Source: a virus
Taxonomy: Duplodnaviria > Caudoviricetes
DNA length: 64,000 nucleotides
Virus record (IMG/VR): IMGVR_UViG_3300014968_000001
Span: 8,496-72,495 of that record
Reading direction: 5' to 3' (one strand)
Below, piece after piece: positions 38,075 to 47,842 of this stretch. Positions within the stretch are counted from its first letter, which is position 1; the number at the start of each line of letters is the position of its first letter. A program made the position numbers and the translations under genes. The notes under the pieces were generated by a model, which searched no databases, was not told the DNA's origin, and was given only the letters and a program-made list of their open reading frames with translations.

Positions 38075-38367
38075 AATCACCATTCAAAGTTCCGCCGTTT
38101 GACCGCAAGCCGCCTGTTGATCCGGTTCATTATTACTGGTGGTCGTGGCATCCCAATTACCCACGCTGGTCACAATCGTGTTGGGGCGGAAAGACTAAAG
38201 CTGAAGCGTTGAAGGCGTTAAAAAAACCAACGGCTTCCAGTTTGAGTGTTTATCACAACAAATTAATTCGGCACGGTGACGGGAAATACACCGAAGTTGC
38301 GGATGTTCCGTGTAAAGAAATGGATGTTTGGGAAAGAATTTACGCACAGCGAAAAGCCAACTCATGA
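38071..38367 (+). CDS. Hypothetical protein
   Basis: 98-aa coupled ORF. Confidence 0.6.
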   Translation: MKSPFKVPPFDRKPPVDPVHYYWWSWHPNYPRWSQSCWGGKTKAEALKALKKPTASSLSVYHNKLIRHGDGKYTEVADVPCKEMDVWERIYAQRKANS

Positions 38368-39869
38368 CCCCAACCTTTTCATTACTCCTGTCCACCGCGC
38401 GCCAGCATTTGATCCCCGAAACCATGCGGCGTTGGTTCAATTCCGCGACGGCTCGTTGGGGCGTTGAGTTCGTCATCTGCACCGATGGAGGCAACTGGCG
38501 CGGGGAATGGGACGGGACGCTCAACAAGATGTGTCGTGAACTGAAAATTCGCCGGTCACAGGTCAAAATCGGAGCCATCAAAGTGCCTCCGTTTTCGTCT
38601 AATCGTTGCTGGAACCTGGCGGCGAAGATTTGCACGGGAAACATTTTGGTAATGGTGGCGGATGATTTGATGCCGCAACAGGGATGGGACTCGGTTATCG
38701 CCAATAGCACGCGGAGCTTTGACAGCGAATCTTGGGTATTATGGGCCGACGACGGAACCGAGGACCAAAAGCTGACTCACCCGATAATGTCTCGGAAACG
38801 ATACGAGGAACAGGGTTGCTTCCTGTTCCCGCTTTACAACTCAATGTACGATGACACGGATTTGTGGCGGCAGGCACAGCGGGACGGGGTAGTGATAGAT
38901 GCTCGTGACGTGCTGACCATCGAGCATCAGCATCATTATTTCGGTAAGCGCGAGGAAGATGCCGTGGACAAGGTTCAGGCCAGCCCGGAACGCTATGCCG
39001 AAAGTGAGCGGTTATACCTGTGGCGGAAGCAGCGCGGATTTCCTAAATATTCAGGACTCGTTCCAAAATCGAAGTCCGATTACGCAGTTTACATGCAGGT
39101 AATAAAAGATGACTTCTTTCTCTACGAGATTTTGGAGCGGCTGGTTTATGAGGGGGTGACGAAGTTCTTTTTCAGCATCCCGCTATTCTCGTGGGATGGG
39201 AAGCAAGTATATTCGGAAGATGTCACCGCGATTCTTGATGCTAGCATAAAATTAAAGCACAAATACGGCTGCAAGATTAAATGCGATTACAACTGGTGTC
39301 ACGAGGAACGACTCTCCCGCATCGAACGCGAGACTCGGGTGCGGAACATCGCCTTAAACGCAATGCGTGAGGAAGGCTGGCCCTTCGCCCTAATCGTGGA
39401 CTCGGACGAACTGTGGGTGCCAGGAACGCTGGACAAAGTTCATGCACTCGCCAGTGAGGGCGTGCAGGCGATCCGCGTCAAAATGACCACCGTGGCTGGG
39501 ATGCCCAAGGCGTACCCGATTGACGGCAAAGATTACGCCAATGTCTATATCGGGCCGGATGTCGAATTCGATTATTGCCGGAATCCCGTTGCGCCGATGC
39601 ACGCGATTGATGAGGTTGGCGTTTATCATTTCTCTGCCGTGCGTCGGACGAAGGAGTTGCTGGTTGAAAAAATGAAGTCGAGTGGGCATTACGGCGAAGC
39701 GGGATATGATTTTGATAAGTGGCTGTCCACGACATTGCCGGCGATAAAGCTCGGAGCGGAGAATGTGCATATGGCGCACAAGGGGAAACTGTGGCCGTTG
39801 GTGAGAGAGTGGGAACAGAAAGACATCGAAGTGTTGCCTGAAACCATTAAGCAATTTTTACAATTATGA
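38364..39869 (+). CDS. Two-domain GT-A (GT2-like) glycosyltransferase
   Basis: Domain 1: CWNLAAKICTGNILVMVADD, YNSMYDDTDL; domain 2: RVRNIALNA..LIVDSDELW, YHFS. Confidence 0.8.
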   Translation: MTPTFSLLLSTARQHLIPETMRRWFNSATARWGVEFVICTDGGNWRGEWDGTLNKMCRELKIRRSQVKIGAIKVPPFSSNRCWNLAAKICTGNILVMVADDLMPQQGWDSVIANSTRSFDSESWVLWADDGTEDQKLTHPIMSRKRYEEQGCFLFPLYNSMYDDTDLWRQAQRDGVVIDARDVLTIEHQHHYFGKREEDAVDKVQASPERYAESERLYLWRKQRGFPKYSGLVPKSKSDYAVYMQVIKDDFFLYEILERLVYEGVTKFFFSIPLFSWDGKQVYSEDVTAILDASIKLKHKYGCKIKCDYNWCHEERLSRIERETRVRNIALNAMREEGWPFALIVDSDELWVPGTLDKVHALASEGVQAIRVKMTTVAGMPKAYPIDGKDYANVYIGPDVEFDYCRNPVAPMHAIDEVGVYHFSAVRRTKELLVEKMKSSGHYGEAGYDFDKWLSTTLPAIKLGAENVHMAHKGKLWPLVREWEQKDIEVLPETIKQFLQL

Positions 39870-40393
39870 CCGACTCCATGCTCTGCCAAAATCGAAGGAA
39901 TGCCATAAAAATGGCCGTGAGGGCTACCCGTCATTTGGGCGGTGACATGGCTGAGTTCGGCGTGTTTTTGGGTAATACGGCAAAGATATTGATTCGGGAT
40001 AAGGCGTCACACCAAACCGTGCTTTTATTCGATTCATTTCAGGGCGTGCCAGAAACCGGAGACTGTAAATGCACGATGGAGCAGTTTGACGAGAACATGC
40101 AGGAGTTCAGCTTTCTTGATTTTCGGGTTTGGGTTGGCCTTTTTTCGGGCACTGTTCCGGGGTTTCGAGTGCCGCTCGCCTTTGCTCACATTGACTGCGA
40201 TAACCAAGACGGCACAAAGCTCGTCCTGAACCACATAAAGCCCCTCATGGTCGAAGGCGGGTTGATTATCGTGGACGATTACCATGCTGAGTTCCCCGGC
40301 GTAATGAAGGCGGTGGACGAAAACAGCGATGGTTGGAACAAGGTCGTTATTGCTGGCACACCGCATAATTCCGTGATGTTATTTAAGCTATGA
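39866..40393 (+). CDS. TylF/MycF-family sugar O-methyltransferase
   Basis: AEFGVFLG, LFDSFQG, GLFSGT, FAHIDCD, GGLIIVDDY, GVMKAVDE. Confidence 0.85.
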   Translation: MTDSMLCQNRRNAIKMAVRATRHLGGDMAEFGVFLGNTAKILIRDKASHQTVLLFDSFQGVPETGDCKCTMEQFDENMQEFSFLDFRVWVGLFSGTVPGFRVPLAFAHIDCDNQDGTKLVLNHIKPLMVEGGLIIVDDYHAEFPGVMKAVDENSDGWNKVVIAGTPHNSVMLFKL

Positions 40394-41715
40394 GCGAAGA
40401 TCACAACCGCATGGCGGATCACAAAGTTCTATTCATGGTTGATGGCGGCATGAACATCGCCTTCGCCGAGGCCATGGCCGCATCCGGTTATTATGACCGC
40501 GTGCTGTACTTCTGTCCGTGGGTATCAGCTTTCGCCGACCCGAACCTGGCCTACATCGGCACGGGCCTGAAAGGCGTCGAGCGAGTGCTGTATTTCTGGG
40601 AATCCAAACACGAATTCGACAATGACAAGGCGAGCGTCGTCTTTTTCTTCGCGGACGTGAACTTTGCCGATTGGCAATGGGAATTGAAACGGCAGGGGTT
40701 TTCCATTTGGGGCAGTATGTCGGCGGATGACATGGAATTGTATCGGTGGGACGCCAAACAGATGATGAAGAAGGTCGGGTTGGCATCCGCGAAATCCATG
40801 CTGATAACCGGCATCCCCGATTTGCGGGAATACCTGCAAGACCATGACAATGTGTTCGTCAAAGTCAGCCAGTTTCGCGGCATCACAGAGACATTTGAAT
40901 CGGCCAGTTATGAGCTAGTGAAGAATCGCATTGACCGACTGGAATCGGAGTTGGGACCGCTCGCCGAGGATCAGGAATTCATCGTGGAACATTGCATCGA
41001 AACCAAGATTGAAACGGGTGGTGACGAATACTGTATCGACGGCAAATATCCGAAGGACGCCGCGTTTGGGTTTGAAATCAAGGACACGCTGTACGTCATC
41101 ACTGCCCTGGAACGCAAGAAATTGCCGGAATCAGTCAGGCACGTTCACGAGGCGTTGTCGCCGATATTCAAGCAGTACGGGATGCGCGGGTTTTTCTCAT
41201 CGGAAATCCGGCGGGGAACAGACGGCAAAGATTATCCGATTGACCTGACGCTGCGCAATGCGCTGCCGCCAAGCGACATTATGAGCATCTGGATGACGAA
41301 CATGCCGGAAATCATCTGGCGCGGGGCGCACGGCGAACTGGTGGACTTCGTGGTGGATTACAAGTATGCGTTCGAGTTCATTCTGTATTCGGAAGAAGCG
41401 GCGGAAAATCCGTTGGCGGTGAAGTATCCGAAGGAAATCTCCAAGTTCGTCCGGCTGTATAACAAGTATCAGGATAAGCACGGGATGGCGTGGGTGTTGC
41501 CGACGGCGGCGAAGTTGGTTCAGATTGGATCGGTGTTGGGTTTTGGAGACACGATACAGGCGGCGCACGATCATGCGTTGCAGAACGCGGAACAGGTGGA
41601 GGCGGACAAGTTGGAGATACGCAAGGATGCGGTCGGGAAACTGTTTGAAGAATTGCGCGAGGCGAAGAAGAAGGGGATTTATTTTGGGGACTCGCCATTG
41701 CCACAAATATCATGA
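40390..41715 (+). CDS. PurD-like ATP-grasp ligase of unknown substrate
   Basis: GGMNIAFAEAM, ELYRWDAKQMMKKVGL, VFVKV, FIVEHCI, GFFSSE, YPIDLTLR align by eye to PurD/ATP-grasp motifs. Confidence 0.75.
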   Translation: MSEDHNRMADHKVLFMVDGGMNIAFAEAMAASGYYDRVLYFCPWVSAFADPNLAYIGTGLKGVERVLYFWESKHEFDNDKASVVFFFADVNFADWQWELKRQGFSIWGSMSADDMELYRWDAKQMMKKVGLASAKSMLITGIPDLREYLQDHDNVFVKVSQFRGITETFESASYELVKNRIDRLESELGPLAEDQEFIVEHCIETKIETGGDEYCIDGKYPKDAAFGFEIKDTLYVITALERKKLPESVRHVHEALSPIFKQYGMRGFFSSEIRRGTDGKDYPIDLTLRNALPPSDIMSIWMTNMPEIIWRGAHGELVDFVVDYKYAFEFILYSEEAAENPLAVKYPKEISKFVRLYNKYQDKHGMAWVLPTAAKLVQIGSVLGFGDTIQAAHDHALQNAEQVEADKLEIRKDAVGKLFEELREAKKKGIYFGDSPLPQIS

Positions 41716-41924
41716 AATCAAAAAAGCACATTGACCGTAAAACCAAGATTGAGCATACACTAACCGAGGCCAGAAAGATTTGTGACAACAATAACGAGGT
41801 GCGGCAGTGTTGGTTTAGGCTAATGAGAGAGCTTGAGTTTATGGCTGACGCCGAAGCACCTATGCCGCGATTCAATCAATTGCTACACGCAATCTGGATT
41901 GCCGCAACTGACGACCAGTCCTAG
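41712..41924 (+). CDS. Small hypothetical protein
   Basis: 70-aa coupled ORF. Confidence 0.55.
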   Translation: MKSKKHIDRKTKIEHTLTEARKICDNNNEVRQCWFRLMRELEFMADAEAPMPRFNQLLHAIWIAATDDQS

Positions 41925-41934
41925 TCATTCATGA

Positions 41935-42114
41935 ATGAAACTCCTATGGAACCCATGCCCAATCTGCGGAGCGAAGTGCGATGTGCAAAGTCTCAAGTTG
42001 CCGAAAGGCAGGATGATCGTCGCCATTTGCTCGAAATTCGGTTGTCGGGATGTCAGTGCGAAAACGAGGCGGGATGCGAATAAACTTTGGAACGAACCTT
42101 TGAAGTGGTTATGA
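41935..42114 (+). CDS. Lar-like zinc-ribbon protein (59 aa, not in ORF track)
   Basis: MKLLWNPCPICGAKC...ICSKFGC...TRRDANKLWN matches the Lar pattern PCPxCG..C..C..A...WN. Confidence 0.6.
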   Translation: MKLLWNPCPICGAKCDVQSLKLPKGRMIVAICSKFGCRDVSAKTRRDANKLWNEPLKWL

Positions 42115-42218
42115 AATAAAAAAATGAAACGAGCCACGGCATATATGTCAAATAGCGGTCTGTGCAACCTGCCGTCGAGTCCTCTGGCACAGCAGAAGGA
42201 TTCACGCTCAAAACAATT

Positions 42219-42596
42219 ATGAAAACTGTCATCGAAACCATCCCGCACAAAAATCAGCGGTACGAAACTTGCGGAGATTACTTCACCGATCCCGACGGCA
42301 CAACCCAAGTGCGCGTATCTGACATGGGCAACGAGGATTACGCCTTTCTGGTGAGCATCCATGAACAGATTGAGGAATATCTGACGCGGAAGCGCGGCAT
42401 CGATGAGACGGACATCAAAGTGTTCGATGAATTGTTCGAGAAGAACCGTCAACCAGGTAACGACGATGAGCCCGGTGACCAGCTGGAAGCGCCATATCAC
42501 AAGGAGCATGTTTTCGCCGAATGCTTGGAACGGCTGCTGGCGCGGGAACTCGGCGTGGATTGGGCGGAGTATGGGAAAGCGGTGATGGCGTTATGA
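42219..42596 (+). CDS. Conserved phage protein with HExxE / HxxA metal-site-like motifs
   Basis: QRYETCGDY, VSIHEQIEEYL, EPGD..APYHKEHVFAE. Confidence 0.7.
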   Translation: MKTVIETIPHKNQRYETCGDYFTDPDGTTQVRVSDMGNEDYAFLVSIHEQIEEYLTRKRGIDETDIKVFDELFEKNRQPGNDDEPGDQLEAPYHKEHVFAECLERLLARELGVDWAEYGKAVMAL

Positions 42597-42778
42597 GCAT
42601 CCACATTACTAAAAATAGAATCAGGGCTACGGGCGCGGATGCCAATGCGTTGCTTATCTCAATGGCTCCCGACGAGCAGCTTTTGAAATGGGATAAAGAA
42701 AAGTTTGGCTCTGATGATTTTCAACGAATTGTAAAAGAGGCAATGGCGAAACGCCGCCTTGTTCACCCGCAACAATGA
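42593..42778 (+). CDS. Small hypothetical protein
   Basis: ATGA-coupled, 61 aa. Confidence 0.55.
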   Translation: MSIHITKNRIRATGADANALLISMAPDEQLLKWDKEKFGSDDFQRIVKEAMAKRRLVHPQQ

Positions 42779-45075
42779 CAACTCTCACCTGTATCTGCGT
42801 CAGCTACGCCCGCCCCGCCTGCGTCAATGAGGCAGTCCAACTGTTCCTCAACCAATCGTTTGCGAGGCCAAAGGAGTTGATTCTGCTGAACACATTCCCA
42901 AAGCAGCAATTCAAATTTGACCATCCGAACGTGGTGGTCGTGAATCTGCCCGAACGCCCGAAGTCTCTGGGCGAAGCTCGGAACATGGCGATTACTTTGG
43001 CGACGGAAGATTCGCTGATAATTACGTGGGATGACGATGATTTTTTCACGTCGTGGCATCTGGCAAATTACGCCGAGAACTTGGAACCGGATTGCGATTG
43101 GTATTGGCTCTCCGCCGAATATTATAGCGAGAATCGACGCATCAAATCCGTGGCGATGGGCACACCTAACCTGTTCGCTTTTACCAAGCGCGCATGGAAA
43201 TCCGTTGGGGGCTACCCTGCGTTGACAGTTGGGGAAGACCGGGCACTTATGGGCAAAATTTCCCCCAAATTCAAAGGCAAAAAAATCACGCTAGCGACCA
43301 ACCGAATTTCTTTTATACGTGGGTGGGGCTGCGACGAGCTTTATCACACGTCGGGCCTTGGCGATGACCGCACTGGACGACAATCGTCCCATGAACGAGT
43401 GGCGGAACATGCTGAGGACTTGATTCGGCGCGGATTGCTGGCGACCGGCGAAATTCAAATCGTGCCCAAAGCCAACGCGGATTACGACAAACTCGCCTTG
43501 GACTTCTCGGGCGCCATCTGCCGTGTGCAAGACCAGAAATGGGGCAAAGTCTGCGTGTTGGAGTTGGGCCGATACGGTGACATTCTCAACATCCTGCCGG
43601 TGTGCAAATACATCGCGGAGCATTACGAGAAGCCGTTGCTGGCTGTGTCCAAGGAGTTCGCCTCGCTGTTGGATGGCGTGTCTTACGTGACGCCGTTGCC
43701 GCTGGATTTGCCTTACGACAAGGTGAACCAGGCGATGACCATTTGCCGGCAGAAGGCAGAAATGGTGATTTGCGCTCAAGTCTATGGGGAATCCTATAAT
43801 CCCGAAAAGCTGCGCCCCTGTTATTCGTGGGATTCATGGCAGCAATCGGGTTTCGGTGAACTGTACATGGATAAGTGGACGCATCCGCTGGTGATTGACC
43901 GGCGGGATCGGTTGCGCGAGGACAATTTTACTCGGTCAAAGCTGTCGTCGAAACCGACGATTTTGCTGAACATTAGCCGCGGCATTTCTTCGCCTTACAC
44001 TGACCACGCAAAGTTCACGGAATTGTTGCGGACGAATTGGAGCGAGAAATATCACATCTTGGACATCGGCCAAGCAAACGCGCAGCAGATTTACGACCTG
44101 TTGGGCATGTATGACAAGGCGGCGTTGCTGATAACCAGTGACACAGCCACGCTGCACCTGGCGGCAGCGAGTGACATCCCGGTAATCGCCTTGGTGAATG
44201 ACATTGATTGGCTGGCGACGATCCCGCGTTGCAACTGTGTGTATCGGGTGCGTTATTGCGATGCCGTCCAGAATTTCGCCGTGGTGAACATGACGATTGA
44301 TAGTTTGGCGAAAGTAAAGCGGTGTCCAGTGAGGCCGCCAAAGCCGTTTGTGAAGCCGAAGCGGAGAATTGTTCACGCTGTCGAGTGGCACCCTGAATTA
44401 GCGGACGATCCTCGGAAATCCAAAGCGCGGGAGTCGTGGAAGGCATTGTATGCTCAGGGCGTGATTCAAACACCTTACGCAGTATATAAGAGGAATTCGG
44501 GACAATTGGGTTGTCGGCGCAGCCTTCCGTTCCTCAAAGATGTTCTTGCGCACGGACTGGCAAGTGCAGACGACCCCAACGACATCGTTTTTTGGACTAA
44601 CGATGACAACATCCTGCATCCCCGTCTGCCGCAAGCCTTGGAAATGCACCTGTCCATCTTCGACGCCTGCACGTCTCAACGGCGCGAGTTCTCCAAACCG
44701 TATCCGACAACATCAGTGACCCCCGACGAAGTGGTGGCGATGAGCGAAGACCATTTGGGCAGGGATTTGTTCGCGGCGACCGCTGGCTGGCTTCGGCGGT
44801 ACTGGGACGAAATACCGGACTTCCTGCTTGGCGTGCCCGTGTTCGACCTATGTCTTGCCGCGATGGTGCGGAGCAAGCGCGGGTTTAAGACCGACCGCAA
44901 CAATATCGCCACGAATTATGCGCCGTGCGAATTGCGTTTGGGGTACGTGTCGCATGAGCGGCACCCATCGTTTTGGAATACGTTGCCAGCGAGCGATCCG
45001 GCTACGCAACATAATCACCGCCTGTTCGCCGAATGGGCTAGCAAACACGCCCCCGACATGCGCCTACCCTTATGA
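42775..45075 (+). CDS. Three-domain glycosyltransferase (GT2-like + GT9/heptosyltransferase-like + GT-A-like)
   Basis: SLGEARN..ITWDDDD, VGGYP..GED; ELGRYGDILNILP..LLITSDTATLHLAAA; DIVFWTNDDNIL..GRDLF. Confidence 0.85.
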   Translation: MTTLTCICVSYARPACVNEAVQLFLNQSFARPKELILLNTFPKQQFKFDHPNVVVVNLPERPKSLGEARNMAITLATEDSLIITWDDDDFFTSWHLANYAENLEPDCDWYWLSAEYYSENRRIKSVAMGTPNLFAFTKRAWKSVGGYPALTVGEDRALMGKISPKFKGKKITLATNRISFIRGWGCDELYHTSGLGDDRTGRQSSHERVAEHAEDLIRRGLLATGEIQIVPKANADYDKLALDFSGAICRVQDQKWGKVCVLELGRYGDILNILPVCKYIAEHYEKPLLAVSKEFASLLDGVSYVTPLPLDLPYDKVNQAMTICRQKAEMVICAQVYGESYNPEKLRPCYSWDSWQQSGFGELYMDKWTHPLVIDRRDRLREDNFTRSKLSSKPTILLNISRGISSPYTDHAKFTELLRTNWSEKYHILDIGQANAQQIYDLLGMYDKAALLITSDTATLHLAAASDIPVIALVNDIDWLATIPRCNCVYRVRYCDAVQNFAVVNMTIDSLAKVKRCPVRPPKPFVKPKRRIVHAVEWHPELADDPRKSKARESWKALYAQGVIQTPYAVYKRNSGQLGCRRSLPFLKDVLAHGLASADDPNDIVFWTNDDNILHPRLPQALEMHLSIFDACTSQRREFSKPYPTTSVTPDEVVAMSEDHLGRDLFAATAGWLRRYWDEIPDFLLGVPVFDLCLAAMVRSKRGFKTDRNNIATNYAPCELRLGYVSHERHPSFWNTLPASDPATQHNHRLFAEWASKHAPDMRLPL

Positions 45076-45311
45076 GCAACGTTGAAATAATAATCGTGTC
45101 CTTCTATGTGTTCGGGTATCTCGTAATGCTCGGCATTATTCTGGACTCGGTTGAATCATTTGAGACGTACAAAAAAGACCCAAGGCCGGTTTTAGCCTTT
45201 GCACTCGGTTTAATTTTAGCAATCTTCTGGCCAGTTTGGATTGGCGTTCAAATATCAGACTGGATTCAAAAAATCGACAAGATTATGGATGATAAAATTA
45301 AAAAGCTATGA
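45072..45311 (+). CDS. Small membrane protein
   Basis: Two hydrophobic segments, ..AIFWP. Confidence 0.6.
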   Translation: MSNVEIIIVSFYVFGYLVMLGIILDSVESFETYKKDPRPVLAFALGLILAIFWPVWIGVQISDWIQKIDKIMDDKIKKL

Positions 45312-45967
45312 TTTGCACCATCACAACCAGCCGCCGCCCCAAACTATTCAAACGCACTATCGAGAGCGCCCGCGCGAACATGCGGGATTTCAGTTTCATT
45401 CAAGAGATGGCTATTTTCGACGATGGCAGTCCGCCCGAAGACTTGGACGCGATGAAAGCCGTGGCGCCGCAGTTCGCCACTTGGGAGCATTGCGATGAAC
45501 CGCAGGGGCATGTGGCGAGTTTGAATCGGGCGTTGGAATATCTAAGGCGGTCAGGGCAGGAGTTTGCGTTGATGGCAGAGGACGATTGGCTATTCACGCG
45601 GTTTTCGTGTCCCCTGCTCGCCAGCCTTGATGTGCTGATAAACAATCCGAAGGTGGGCCAGGTCTGCCTTGGTAGAATTGACATGCGCTTTGGCTGGCGC
45701 GGCTTCACCGAGACGGGGACGATGTTCACGATCCGCGACAAACATTTCGGGCCGGACAATTACCCCGCGTTCACTTTGAATCCATCCGTTGTCCGCATCG
45801 AGGCATTGCTGGCAGTGGGCGAGTTCAAGGCGGTAGAAGGCTTCGAGCGGGAGTATGGGGAGCGTTGGCTGGCGGCGGGATGGGACACATCAGATTTATT
45901 TTCGCCTCACTTGGTTCATATTGGCGACGGGCAGAGTGCGTATGATCTTAATGGATTTTTAAGATAG
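45308..45967 (+). CDS. GT2-like glycosyltransferase
   Basis: ITTSRRP, IFDDGS, GHVASLNRA, LMAEDDWLF, FTLNPS, HIG. Confidence 0.8.
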   Translation: MICTITTSRRPKLFKRTIESARANMRDFSFIQEMAIFDDGSPPEDLDAMKAVAPQFATWEHCDEPQGHVASLNRALEYLRRSGQEFALMAEDDWLFTRFSCPLLASLDVLINNPKVGQVCLGRIDMRFGWRGFTETGTMFTIRDKHFGPDNYPAFTLNPSVVRIEALLAVGEFKAVEGFEREYGERWLAAGWDTSDLFSPHLVHIGDGQSAYDLNGFLR

Positions 45968-46037
45968 ACATGAATTTATTTTTTATTATTATTTTGTTGT
46001 TCGGCGTGATACCCGATGAAACAACAAAACCAAATCT

Positions 46038-46100
46038 GCACCCCGTCGCAAAAGACAACGCTTCCTCGGCGTTGTGTATCACCTTTTGCGGCGCGGGTGC
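46038..46100 (+). promoter_or_regulatory. Long hairpin directly upstream of the HNH gene start
   Basis: GCACCC-CGTCGCAAAAG / CTTTTGCGGCG-C-GGGTGC with inner ACAACGC/GCGTTGT; followed by GGAG and ATG. Confidence 0.45.
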
Positions 46101-46113
46101 TTTGGAGATGTAT

Positions 46114-46812
46114 ATGCCAGAGATAAAATCAATTTCGTTTGATGCGCTTCCCAAAAGGAAAGGGAGAACCGACCTTTCCGGCTCTCGGTTCACGAGGTGG
46201 CAGGTTGTGGGCCCTTATGGAATGATAGGCCCAAAATTGCATTGGGTGGTAAAATGTGATTGTGGCAATTTCTCGGTGGTTATGACTTCCAATTTGAATC
46301 AAGGGTTAAGCCGATCCTGTGGATGCCTTCAAAAAGAAACAGCCAGCAAAACCATGCTTGTTCACGGTCAGGGAACTTTCGGTAAAACAAAAACTAGAGA
46401 AAATAGAATTTGGGTTAGTATGATAGCCAGATGCACTAATCCTAACTCCGCAGGCTGGAAAAATTATGGAGGGAGGGGGATTTCTGTTTGCGACAGGTGG
46501 AGGCATTCTTTTCTAGCGTTCTTTGAAGATATGGGAAAATGCGCTGATGGCTATTCGTTGGAACGTCGGGAAAATAATGGTAACTACTGTAAGGAAAATT
46601 GTTATTGGGCGACTCGCAAGCAACAAAATAACAACAAGCGAAGCAATGTGATTTTGCAGCACGAAGGTATTTCGCTAACAATATCTCAATGGAGCGAAAA
46701 AGCTGGAATCAATTATGGCACCTTACGCTCCCGCCTGCGAGACGGATGCAGTGTCGCAGAGGCACTAACTAATCCGGTGGCTCATAAATCCAGCAAGCGG
46801 AAAGATGTGTGA
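46114..46812 (+). CDS. HNH-type homing endonuclease-like protein
   Basis: DLSGSRF, W..KCDCG, SRSCGC, W.SM..RC, YGGRGI.VC.RW, SLERRENNGNY...NCYWAT...NN; visibly AT-richer than flanks. Confidence 0.85.
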   Translation: MPEIKSISFDALPKRKGRTDLSGSRFTRWQVVGPYGMIGPKLHWVVKCDCGNFSVVMTSNLNQGLSRSCGCLQKETASKTMLVHGQGTFGKTKTRENRIWVSMIARCTNPNSAGWKNYGGRGISVCDRWRHSFLAFFEDMGKCADGYSLERRENNGNYCKENCYWATRKQQNNNKRSNVILQHEGISLTISQWSEKAGINYGTLRSRLRDGCSVAEALTNPVAHKSSKRKDV

Positions 46813-46826
46813 CGCGACCATAAATT

Positions 46827-47288
46827 ATGGACGAATTAAAAATACAGTTTGGCGCGGGTGGAAATTTGCTCGAAGGCTGGCGGAACCACGATCTTGAATC
46901 CGATGGTGTGGACATCCGTGAGCCGTTGCCTTACGCGGACGACACCGTGGACTTCATCCTCGCGGAGCATGTTATGGAGCATGTGACCGGGCCGGAAGCG
47001 TTGCGGTTTTTGGATGAGTGCCATCGGATTTTGAAGCCGGGTGGGACGTTGCGCGTTTGTTGCCCGGTATTGGACGAATTGAGCATTTCCGACGCGCGAG
47101 ACATCATCTTGAATCATGGGCATCTTATTTTTCTGTCGAGGGATTCGATGAGCGAACTTTTTCGGGCGAGCAAATTCAGATTCGGAGACTTTGGTGAGAC
47201 TGAAATCGCAGAGTGCGACGGCCACTGGAAAGTCATCGGCCAAGAAAAAGACCACATTGAAACCTGCCGCATCGAGGCAACGAAATGA
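46827..47288 (+). CDS. Class I SAM methyltransferase (Methyltransf_11-like)
   Basis: FGAGGN...W.N.D, LPYADDTVD.I.AEHVMEH, ECHRILKPGG. Confidence 0.85.
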   Translation: MDELKIQFGAGGNLLEGWRNHDLESDGVDIREPLPYADDTVDFILAEHVMEHVTGPEALRFLDECHRILKPGGTLRVCCPVLDELSISDARDIILNHGHLIFLSRDSMSELFRASKFRFGDFGETEIAECDGHWKVIGQEKDHIETCRIEATK

Positions 47289-47842
47289 ACGGCTTCGAGA
47301 TAACCAAAACCGGCATCTGGAAATGCGAGACTGTCGAGCCGCATTATTTTGACGAGCCGTTGGCGGCGGCAATCCACGATTATCTGCCGGCGGGCAATGT
47401 GCTGGACTTGGGGTGCGGGGATGGTCGTTATTCCATCTTTTTCAATCAGCGCGGCAGGATGTCCTTGGGGGTCGATGGCAACCCGCATTTGCAGCCGGAA
47501 GGTGTCACCATCATTCACGCTGATTTGACGCAGCCGTTCCTTGCGCTTTCCGATTTCGTGGTCTGCCTTGAAGTGGGCGAACATATCCCCGCCGAGTTTG
47601 AAAGCGTGTTCCTGGACAACGTGACGCGCAACGCGCGCAAGGGAATCGTTCTTAGCTGGTTTCCGCGTGATGGCGAGGGCATCGGACATGTGAATCCACG
47701 ATCAAACGAATGGGTCAATGCGGAGATGTTGAGGCGCGGGTGGGTACGACTTGATTTGCCTACGGCAACCCTACGAAATGAATCCACGCTTCATTGGTTC
47801 AAGGAATCGCTGGCGGTTTATTTTAAGGCTCCAAATGAGTAA
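47285..47842 (+). CDS. Class I SAM methyltransferase
   Basis: VLDLGCGDG, GVDG, DLT, CLEVGEHI, GHVN. Confidence 0.85.
   Translation: MNGFEITKTGIWKCETVEPHYFDEPLAAAIHDYLPAGNVLDLGCGDGRYSIFFNQRGRMSLGVDGNPHLQPEGVTIIHADLTQPFLALSDFVVCLEVGEHIPAEFESVFLDNVTRNARKGIVLSWFPRDGEGIGHVNPRSNEWVNAEMLRRGWVRLDLPTATLRNESTLHWFKESLAVYFKAPNE

Noticed and set aside
40390-41715. purD auxiliary metabolic gene
   Set aside because: Only the generic ATP-grasp motifs match; no other purine genes; the context is glycan modification. No symbol assigned.
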